Assembly (NCBI GenBank): GCA_965229215.1
Contig: OZ245864.1
Location: 134,360-198,359 of the forward strand
DNA: 64,000 nucleotides
Source of the DNA: Tagaea sp.
GTDB taxonomy: Bacteria; Pseudomonadota; Alphaproteobacteria; CACIAM-22H2
Direction of reading: 5' to 3'
The notes beneath the pieces were generated by a model. It searched no databases, was not told the origin of the DNA, and worked only from the letters and a program-made list of their open reading frames with translations. Shown here piece by piece: positions 39,171 through 46,128 of this stretch (the stretch's first letter is position 1; each line of letters opens with the position of its first letter). Both the position numbers and the translations under genes were made by a program.

Positions 39171-39895
39171 GAATCGCGGACATCGTTTCTCGCTTCACGT
39201 CACCCCCGCCCAGCACGGTCGCCATCGCCCAGGCGTCGGGGCAGTCGACCATCAGACTCTCGCTCACAAGGAACTGGAAACTGGCCATGACGATCATCGC
39301 CGAGAAACTCGACACCGCGCACGCCAAGCGGACGGAGCTGGTAGAGGCGCGACGTGCGCTTCTGCTCGACGCCGTACAGGGCGAGCCGGGCGCCGACCCG
39401 AAACTTCGCAAGATCGAAAACGAGATTGCGGATCTGGACCGGAGCGTCGCCCAGCTCAGGGACGCGAATACTCTGGCTCGGGAACGCGACGACGCCGAAC
39501 GAGAAGCCGCCGCCGCGGCCGAATACAAGCGGCTCAAAGCGGAATGGGAACAGCGCAACGCCGACATGCGCCAACTCGCAGAACACGCCGACGCGCTGGC
39601 GAGCAAGGCCGCCGCCGCATTCATCGAACTGGCCGATAAAGCCGAAGCCCAGGCGCGATCGGCGCCCGTCGAGCTTTACGGCTTCCCGGCCGACAGGCCG
39701 CTGGGCCAAGGGCGCACCGCATCAGCCGTGCGGAACGTACTCGCACGGCACGGACTCGATTGGGCGCGTTCCGGCTTTTTCCGCTGGCCCGACCCGCCGC
39801 TCATCGTGGAAGTCATCGACGCCGGCATCACTTGGGCGAAGTACGAAGTCGATCGTATCGAATCTCGCAAGAAAGCGGCGAAGTCGGCCGCCTAA
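39167..39895 (+). CDS. hypothetical coiled-coil protein
   Basis: Translationally coupled downstream of the Cys-rich ORF. Long charged heptad-like segment (KRTELVEARRALL...AEYKRLKAEWEQRNADMRQLAEHADALASKAAAAF). Confidence 0.5.
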   Translation: MRIADIVSRFTSPPPSTVAIAQASGQSTIRLSLTRNWKLAMTIIAEKLDTAHAKRTELVEARRALLLDAVQGEPGADPKLRKIENEIADLDRSVAQLRDANTLARERDDAEREAAAAAEYKRLKAEWEQRNADMRQLAEHADALASKAAAAFIELADKAEAQARSAPVELYGFPADRPLGQGRTASAVRNVLARHGLDWARSGFFRWPDPPLIVEVIDAGITWAKYEVDRIESRKKAAKSAA

Positions 39896-39916
39896 CCCGA
39901 AAGGAACAGCCCCCAC

Positions 39917-40105
39917 ATGACCACCAAGTATTTCGGACTGGATGTCGGTTTCGATGCAGCGCAGCCGATAACCGCGGCAGGGTCGACGACCAGCAAAGTC
40001 GTCGAGCTTTCTCTAACAACGGATACGTTGACGCGCGCCGATGCCGTCAACGCCGTCGAGCGCATCCGGCTTCATCTTTCAAATTGTTCATGGCCTCCGG
40101 CTTGA
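39917..40105 (+). CDS. hypothetical small protein
   Basis: AAAGGAA RBS before ATG 39917. Located in the island cargo operon. Confidence 0.35.
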   Translation: MTTKYFGLDVGFDAAQPITAAGSTTSKVVELSLTTDTLTRADAVNAVERIRLHLSNCSWPPA

Positions 40106-40106
40106 C

Positions 40107-40334
40107 ATGAGCGGATCCAACAAAGCCATCACGGAACGCGCCCGCCTGGTCGGCGCCCTTGGCGAGGTGCGCGGCATGTTGCTGCGCGAGCTGACCGAGA
40201 TGCGCCGCGAGTTGAAGGACAAGACGGAAGCGTTGCGGACCACGACGGCCCGGCTCGAGTACGTCCGCCGGCAAGTGGCCTTCCAGCGCGCACGACGCGA
40301 TCGGATCATGGGAAAGAAGCGGGGCCCGGCGTGA
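40107..40334 (+). CDS. hypothetical small coiled-coil protein
   Basis: Starts 1 nt after the previous stop. Charged helical sequence. Confidence 0.4.
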   Translation: MSGSNKAITERARLVGALGEVRGMLLRELTEMRRELKDKTEALRTTTARLEYVRRQVAFQRARRDRIMGKKRGPA

Positions 40335-40743
40335 ACCGAGCCCCGCCCTACTCGAGCCTATTTCAAGGCCCAGATCAAAATGGCGATCGCGCTGATGATC
40401 GCCGCCGGATCGATCCGAAATTCCAGCTTGGTTTTGCGAGCCATGGGTGTGGCTCCTTTTGTCCGAGAGTCCAAACCAAATTCGCGGTTTGGAACCACAA
40501 ATCCCGCTGCGGGGTTGATGCCTTGGCGGGGTTTGCCCCAGATGTGCCGAAGCGTGCGTTTGGTGCTGCGCTTGGCTTGCTTGGGACTGCGGATCGGCGA
40601 GCTTCGACTCTGCGTTTGTCTTCCCGTCGATCGGGAAGCTGGACGACTTCGCAAGCTGCTTACCTGATACCTAAATCTGACAGATTCGCTGCGAGCGCAA
40701 GAATTAAGAAGTGCCAACTCGCGCCACTGAAAGGAACGTCCCG

Positions 40744-41418
40744 ATGACCGATACACCGCCCACTACGGCCCCCGCCGACATCGGCCCCGCAACCGCGGCC
40801 ATGCTTCCGAACCTGACGCCAGACGCGGCGCGGGCGGAAATCGCTGCGTTGAAAGCCGGCGCGGAACCGGGATTCCTCGATGCGTACCTGGGCGGCGTCG
40901 GACACGAGGCGGCGCTGACGAGGATGAGCCACCTTCACAAGCTCGCCAGTGGCGAGGCCGCGGACACGGCGGCCCCTGCAAGCGCGACGCCGGGCCGCGA
41001 TGCCGCCGGCAGATTCACGGGCGACGCCAACGCGATCGACATCGCAGAATACAAGGACCTGAATCTTCGCCCCGCGGAAGGTTCCAGCATCGAGGATATG
41101 GCCGCCGCGAACATGGCGGCCCGTGAAACCGCGGCCGTGCTGGGCATCCCGCCCGACGAGGCGCGCGGCCACGTCGCATTGCTCGAGGAGTCCATCGCGC
41201 GCCGGGGCGGCAAGTCGATGGACGCGGGCGAGCTCGATACGATGGAGACGCATCTGCAGCGAGTTGCAGGCGCCGCCTATGGCGAAGTCGTCGCCGGCTT
41301 CAAGGATGCGATCGCGCGCGCCGGCAAAAACGGCGCCGGGCTGCGGAACGCGATCCTCGCCGCCGACCCGCCGATCGCAGCGATGATGATCGCGAACCTG
41401 GGCCGCAAGCGAGCTTGA
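40744..41418 (+). CDS. hypothetical protein (island cargo)
   Basis: AAAGGAA RBS before ATG 40744. 224 aa with no recognisable family. Confidence 0.5.
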   Translation: MTDTPPTTAPADIGPATAAMLPNLTPDAARAEIAALKAGAEPGFLDAYLGGVGHEAALTRMSHLHKLASGEAADTAAPASATPGRDAAGRFTGDANAIDIAEYKDLNLRPAEGSSIEDMAAANMAARETAAVLGIPPDEARGHVALLEESIARRGGKSMDAGELDTMETHLQRVAGAAYGEVVAGFKDAIARAGKNGAGLRNAILAADPPIAAMMIANLGRKRA

Positions 41419-41422
41419 ACCG

Positions 41423-41701
41423 ATGACCGACGCCCCGCTATCACGCGATGACATGCTCGACGGCGCCCGCGTGGCGGTGGCTCGTCGTATCGGCCGGCCG
41501 CCGGGTAGCCTCAACACCCGCACGAAGGACATCGCCGTCCGCGTGGCGAATCTGATGCAGAGCGGGCTCGACATGGTCGACGCCCTGGCCGTCGTGGCCG
41601 AGGACAAGACGGCATCGCTCGATCAGCGATTCGTCGCCTTGCGGCTACTGTTTGGTGCGATGGCCGGCCGGATCGTGCGGCCCGAGGGGCCGGGGGGCTA
41701 A
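41423..41701 (+). CDS. hypothetical small protein (island cargo)
   Basis: ATG 4 nt after the previous stop. Contains a RRIGRPPGSLN basic patch. Confidence 0.4.
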   Translation: MTDAPLSRDDMLDGARVAVARRIGRPPGSLNTRTKDIAVRVANLMQSGLDMVDALAVVAEDKTASLDQRFVALRLLFGAMAGRIVRPEGPGG

Positions 41702-41753
41702 TTCGTGGCTAGAGCCGTGGCTAAAGGCACGGTTTCAAAGCCAAATTGAAATT

Positions 41754-41808
41754 ATGGTGCCGGGTGAGGGGATTGAACCCCCGACCTTCGGTTTACAAAA
41801 CCGCTGCT
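41754..41808. repeat. attR: 55-bp repeat (3' part of the intact tRNA-Thr)
   Basis: Identical to 33708..33762. Confidence 0.85.
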
Positions 41809-41829
41809 CTACCGCTGAGCTAACCCGGC
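41755..41829 (-). tRNA. tRNA-Thr (anticodon UGU), CCA encoded
   Basis: Manual cloverleaf: acceptor GCCGGGT/ACCCGGC, D-arm GCTC-AGCGGTA-GAGC, anticodon loop TTTGTAA, T-arm GGGGG-TTCAATC-CCCTC, 3' CCA. Confidence 0.75.
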
Positions 41830-41991
41830 ATCTATCTGTTTGCTATTAGTTATTCCCGGTCGCGTTGTCCATCGTGGCGTGGCACATCGGGATCGCCGGC
41901 GGTGCGCCGGAACCGCGGAAGCCGCGATCATGCCCGCGGGAAACGACATCCGAGGCGAATGCCTTCGGCAATATCGGGTGTCGGTCGTGCG

Positions 41992-42402
41992 CTAGCTCTG
42001 CAGGACCGTCTGTATCGAGCGTCGCAGCGATCCGGCGGATAGCGGGGCATGCAGGTAAACGGCATGAGGCATGCCGGGCAACAGGGGGCCAGGTTCGCCC
42101 GCCCTGCTGAGAATCACGATCGGGGTCAAGCGAAGCGGCGGCATCGACTGAAACCACTGGCCGGCTTCCTGGCCGCTCACGTCGCGCAACTGCCGGCCCA
42201 GCAGTATTACGTCCGGGATCTGCATCCGGACAGTGGCGATCGCGGCGACGCCATTGTCGATCTCCTGGACCTCGTATCCGAGATCTTCGAGAACCATCCG
42301 ACACAGACGCCGCGCATTCGTGTCCGCATCGACAATCAGTGCCAATGATCGCAGTTTTGGCATGGTGGGCGCCGGCGAGGCCTCAGGTTGGAGATTTAGC
42401 AT
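41992..42402 (-). CDS. single-domain receiver-like protein lacking the phospho-acceptor Asp (FixT-like candidate)
   Basis: REC fold (ALIVDAD...PDVILLG...) with Gly where the phospho-Asp is expected. Immediately downstream of the fixK-like gene, as for fixK-fixT pairs. Confidence 0.5.
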   Translation of the reverse strand: MLNLQPEASPAPTMPKLRSLALIVDADTNARRLCRMVLEDLGYEVQEIDNGVAAIATVRMQIPDVILLGRQLRDVSGQEAGQWFQSMPPLRLTPIVILSRAGEPGPLLPGMPHAVYLHAPLSAGSLRRSIQTVLQS

Positions 42403-42428
42403 TTCCAGTCGGGGAGTTCCGGCCAGGC

Positions 42429-43136
42429 TCAGACGCAGGCGCCGAGCTCGCCGGCAGAAACTTCTTCCAGGCGATCCCGATCGAGGAATTCGATGCGATC
42501 CAAGGCAGGCAGCGCGATGAGTTTGTCGCGCTTGAGCTTGGTAAGGGTCCGCGAGACGGTCTCGACGGTCAGGCCCAGATAGTCGCCGATGTCGCTGCGC
42601 GTCATCGGGACGGAGACCTCATCTTGCGCATCGGGCTGCTGCTCGGCCATCAGCAGCAGGAAGCTCGCGACCTTCTCGGTTGCGGTCTTTCGGCCGAGGA
42701 GGAGCATCAGGTCCTGCGCGTAGCGGAGCTCGTCGGACGTGACGGCCCAGAGGCGCCGGGCAAGCCCGGGGACGCTGTCCACCAGCCGGTCGAACGAAGT
42801 ACGGGGGTATCGGCAGAGCGTGACGTCGGTGATCGCTTCTGCCGTATAGGCGTGGGTGCCGTCCGGTGCCAGGCCCAGAATATGCCCTTCGGTCGGGAAG
42901 CCCATGATCTGGCGGCGGCCATCGGAGAGAAGCCGGTAGAGGCGCAGGGTCCCGTGCACGACCTCGTAGATATAGTCGGAAGCATCCCCTTCGCTGAAAA
43001 TCGTTTCTCCGGCGACCTTGCGGTTCAGGGAGCTGATTTCCGCAAAGCGGCTGGCCGACTGATGTCCGAGGCCCCGGCACACGGCGAGAGAGCCGAAATC
43101 CAGTTTGGCGGCGCTTGAATTGGCTTGGACCTGCAT
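42429..43136 (-). CDS. fixK: Crp/Fnr-family regulator, FixK-like (no N-terminal Cys cluster)
   Basis: cNMP-binding fold plus C-terminal HTH (RSDIGDYLGLTVETVSRTLTKL). Located beside FixL-like and cco genes. Confidence 0.8.
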   Translation of the reverse strand: MQVQANSSAAKLDFGSLAVCRGLGHQSASRFAEISSLNRKVAGETIFSEGDASDYIYEVVHGTLRLYRLLSDGRRQIMGFPTEGHILGLAPDGTHAYTAEAITDVTLCRYPRTSFDRLVDSVPGLARRLWAVTSDELRYAQDLMLLLGRKTATEKVASFLLLMAEQQPDAQDEVSVPMTRSDIGDYLGLTVETVSRTLTKLKRDKLIALPALDRIEFLDRDRLEEVSAGELGACV

Positions 43137-43253
43137 TGCGCGTTCTCCCTTGGTATGCCCGTCCGGACTTCATCCGGCACAGACGACATTAGGCGCGCCA
43201 TTTCACGGGCCTATGTCGGGACATCGGGAAAACGGTCTCAATTGGCGACAGAG

Positions 43254-43269
43254 TGTGACGGTTTGTGAC
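43254..43269. promoter_or_regulatory. direct repeat TGTGAC-N4-TGTGAC in the fixK / response-regulator divergent intergenic region
   Basis: Two TGTGAC hexamers spaced 10 bp centre-to-centre, as expected for OmpR/PhoB-family sites. 34 bp upstream of the response-regulator ATG. Confidence 0.3.
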
Positions 43270-43302
43270 AGACTGCGGAGCCAGTTACCGGACCCGGACG
43301 CA

Positions 43303-44049
43303 ATGGCCAGCCAGTTTCATATCCTGATCGTCGACGACGATGCCCGTATCCGCACCATGTTGCGGCGCTATCTGACCGACGAAGGCTTCGCGGTCAGCGA
43401 AGCCCAAGATGGAGCTGGCGCGCGGGCGCTGATGGAGCGCGAAGCCGTCGATCTGATCCTGCTTGACCTGATGATGCCGGGCGAAGACGGGTTGTCGATC
43501 GCGCGGCACATACGGCAGGTCTCACAGATCCCGATCATCATGCTTACCGGAAAAGGGGACGTGATCGACCGCGTCGCTGGCTTGGAGGCCGGGGCCGACG
43601 ACTATGTCGCCAAGCCATTCCATCTGCGCGAAGTGCTTGCCCGTATCCGAACGGTGATGCGTCGTGGCGGTGGGCGGGAACCGGCTCCTGCCGTCGTTTC
43701 CCAGACCCCGGCGGGCGGGGCCTCGGCGGACGGTATCCGCCATTTCGAAGGATGGCGGCTCGATTTCCTGAAGCGCGAGCTCTCGCGTCGGAATGGCGAG
43801 ATTGTCGCCTTGACCAGCGGCGAATTCGACTTGCTCGGCGTTTTCGTCAGCCACCCCGGACGGGTTCTCAGTCGCGATCAGCTGATGGAACTTGCCAAGG
43901 GGCGCGAATGGGCGGCCTTCGATCGGGCGGTGGATACGCAGGTCGGCAGATTGAGAAAGAAGATCGAAGTCGACCCGGAGAATCCCAGCCTGATCAAGAC
44001 GGTGCGTGGTAGCGGCTATATCTTTGCGGCAACAGTGACGCCCGGCTAG
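43303..44049 (+). CDS. OmpR-family two-component response regulator
   Basis: REC domain (ILIVDDD...DLILLDLMMPGEDG) plus a winged-helix trans_reg_C domain. Confidence 0.85.
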   Translation: MASQFHILIVDDDARIRTMLRRYLTDEGFAVSEAQDGAGARALMEREAVDLILLDLMMPGEDGLSIARHIRQVSQIPIIMLTGKGDVIDRVAGLEAGADDYVAKPFHLREVLARIRTVMRRGGGREPAPAVVSQTPAGGASADGIRHFEGWRLDFLKRELSRRNGEIVALTSGEFDLLGVFVSHPGRVLSRDQLMELAKGREWAAFDRAVDTQVGRLRKKIEVDPENPSLIKTVRGSGYIFAATVTPG

Positions 44050-45674
44050 CCGCCGGATCGGGAATCGAGCAGTTCGCGGAGCTTTGCCTGCAGCTCCTTC
44101 AGGCCGTACGGCTTGCCGAGCCAGCCGGCCGCAGTCCGAAGAAGGCCGTCCTTGATCGCCGCCGGTTCGGCAAATCCGGACGTCAGGATGATCTTGAGAT
44201 TCGGCCAGCGCCGGCGAACTTCATGGGCGAGTTCGATGCCGCTGATGCCGCCGGCCATGATGACGTCGCTGAACAGAAGATCGATTTTCGGCTCGAGATC
44301 CAGAACGCGGAGCGCGGCAGGGCCGCTTTCCGCTTCCAGCACCGAATAGCCGAGTTCTTTCAGGCGCCGGATGGACACACGCCGGACGCGGGGATCGTCT
44401 TCCACGACCAGAATCGTCCGGCTGGAATTTTCGCGAAATGCCGGGCCTTTGGGCGCGCTTTGCTGGTTCGGGACGGGCGCCTGCTCGTGTACGGGAAGAA
44501 AAATCCGGATCGTCGTGCCGTGCCCCAGCTCGCTGACCAGCTGGATGTGGCCGCCTGACTGCTTGACGAACCCGTACACCATGCTGAGGCCGAGACCGCT
44601 GCCTTTGCCGGTTTCCTTTGTCGTGAAGAAGGGCTCGAATGCGCGCTGGCGCACTTCGGGAGTCATGCCCGTGCCGGTGTCGGTCACCGAGACGCTGGCG
44701 TATCGCCCCGGCCCGAGGCCGTCGATGGCGATCTGTCCCTTTTCGACATCCGTGCGGGCTGTTTCGATCGTCAGGCGGCCGCCATCGGGCATGGCATCGC
44801 GTGCGTTGATGGCGAGATTGAGCAGCACATTCTCGAACTGGCCCGGATCGGCCATGACCACGGGCGAATCGTCGGAAAATCTCGTTTCGATCGTCGCGTT
44901 CTGGCCGAGGGTCCGCCGAAGCAGGTCGACCATTCCGCCCGCCAGCGCACTCAGATCGATCGGCTTGGGGTTCAGCGGCTGTCGCCGTCCGAAGGCGAGC
45001 AGGCGATTGGCAAGCTGGGCGCCGAGCGCTGCCGCCTCCTGTGCTTCGTTCAGAAGTTCGAGATTCTGCGGGCTCTTCAGCCGCATCTGAAGCATCTCGA
45101 GATTGCCGGTGATCACGGTGAGGAGATTGTTGAAGTCGTGGGCGAGCCCTCCGGTGAGCTGGCCGATGGCTTCCATCTTCTGTGCCTGCCGCAGGTCCTG
45201 CTCGAGCTTGGCGCGCGCGGTCAGGTCGCGGATGAACCCGGTGAACAAGTGGGTGTCGGCAAGCTTCACTTCGCCGACGGCAAGCTCCATCGGAAAGATC
45301 GAGCCATCCTTGCGGCGCGCTTCCACCTCGCGGCCGATGCCGATGATGCGCTTTTGCCCGGTGCGCAGGTAGCGATCGAGATATCCGTCATGATTTTCCC
45401 GATGCGGCGTCGCCATCAGCATGCTGACGTTGTTGCCGATCACCTCGCCCGGCGAATAGCCGAAAAGACGAACTGCCGCGCTGCTGAAAGACTGGATGAT
45501 GCCGTGCCGGTCGATCGTGATGATGGCGTCCGGGGCCGTTTCCAGGACGGAGCGCAGGCGAGCCTCGCGCTCCTCGATTATCGCCAGCGTGCGCTTGGTC
45601 TGGTCGGATCGGTCGCCTTTTTTCGCCTGGCGCGGAGATGCCCGAGCCGCACGTTTCTTGATTGCCTTCTTCAT
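44046..45674 (-). CDS. fixL: FixL-like heme-PAS oxygen-sensor hybrid histidine kinase (PAS-HisKA-HATPase_c-REC)
   Basis: The PAS region closely resembles the FixL heme pocket (..NHDGYLDRYLRTGQKRIIGIGREVEARRKDGSIFPMELAVGE..FTGFIRDLT). H-box LAHDFNN and a C-terminal receiver. Confidence 0.85.
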   Translation of the reverse strand: MKKAIKKRAARASPRQAKKGDRSDQTKRTLAIIEEREARLRSVLETAPDAIITIDRHGIIQSFSSAAVRLFGYSPGEVIGNNVSMLMATPHRENHDGYLDRYLRTGQKRIIGIGREVEARRKDGSIFPMELAVGEVKLADTHLFTGFIRDLTARAKLEQDLRQAQKMEAIGQLTGGLAHDFNNLLTVITGNLEMLQMRLKSPQNLELLNEAQEAAALGAQLANRLLAFGRRQPLNPKPIDLSALAGGMVDLLRRTLGQNATIETRFSDDSPVVMADPGQFENVLLNLAINARDAMPDGGRLTIETARTDVEKGQIAIDGLGPGRYASVSVTDTGTGMTPEVRQRAFEPFFTTKETGKGSGLGLSMVYGFVKQSGGHIQLVSELGHGTTIRIFLPVHEQAPVPNQQSAPKGPAFRENSSRTILVVEDDPRVRRVSIRRLKELGYSVLEAESGPAALRVLDLEPKIDLLFSDVIMAGGISGIELAHEVRRRWPNLKIILTSGFAEPAAIKDGLLRTAAGWLGKPYGLKELQAKLRELLDSRSGG

Positions 45675-45751
45675 CGAGACCGGGCCCTCAACTGACAGGC
45701 ATCCAGTCTAGCCCGGCCGGCGGCCGGGAGCGACCGTCGTCGCGCCGGCCG

Positions 45752-45934
45752 CTACTCCGCGTCCGCGCCGTCGAAATGCCTTTTGATGAACTGGAAATCG
45801 AGAACGATCGAAAAGGCAAAGATTGCCAGACCGAAGAGATAGATGCCGGTATCGGCCGCGCGCGAAGCCATGAACAGGCCGACCAGGCCGAGTATTGTCG
45901 CGAAGACGGCGACGACAACTGTAGCGACGTTCAT
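45752..45934 (-). CDS. hypothetical 60-aa two-TM membrane protein, translationally coupled to ccoS
   Basis: ATG 45932-45934 overlaps the ccoS stop in an ATGA junction. Sequence MNVATVVVAVFATILGLVGLFMASRAADTGIYLFGLAIFAFSIVLDFQFIKRHFDGADAE. Confidence 0.45.
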   Translation of the reverse strand: MNVATVVVAVFATILGLVGLFMASRAADTGIYLFGLAIFAFSIVLDFQFIKRHFDGADAE

Positions 45935-46128
45935 TTCAGGCTCTCCTTTTCGGGGGTCTTGCGGGACTGGACGATTCCGGTTTTCGACGGTTCGTCGTCG
46001 AACAGGATGCGGCCGGCGGATCCGTCCAGGTCGCTGAACTGTCCGGTGTGCATCGCCCAGAGGAAGGCCGCGAGGCCGATTCCACCCAGAACGAGCGCTG
46101 CGGGAATGAGAATCAGAAGGCTGTTCAT
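45931..46128 (-). CDS. ccoS: cbb3-type cytochrome oxidase assembly protein CcoS/FixS
   Basis: 65-aa protein MNSLLILIPAALVLGGIGLAAFLWAMHTGQFSDLD... ATGA overlap with ccoI. Confidence 0.8.
   Translation of the reverse strand: MNSLLILIPAALVLGGIGLAAFLWAMHTGQFSDLDGSAGRILFDDEPSKTGIVQSRKTPEKESLK

Larger units (their letters stand above)
33708..41808. mobile_element. about 8.1-kb integrative element / phage-satellite-like genomic island inserted in the tRNA-Thr 3' end
   Basis: Bounded by a 55-bp direct repeat of the tRNA 3' part. Carries a tyrosine integrase, an AlpA-like excisionase, a PrimPol/AAA_25 replication protein and small uncharacterised ORFs. Confidence 0.8.

Noticed and set aside
45688-45918. 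76-aa ORF overlapping the small membrane ORF region
   Set aside because: A different frame of the same locus with Ser/Arg-rich low complexity. The ATGA-coupled 60-aa membrane ORF is preferred.
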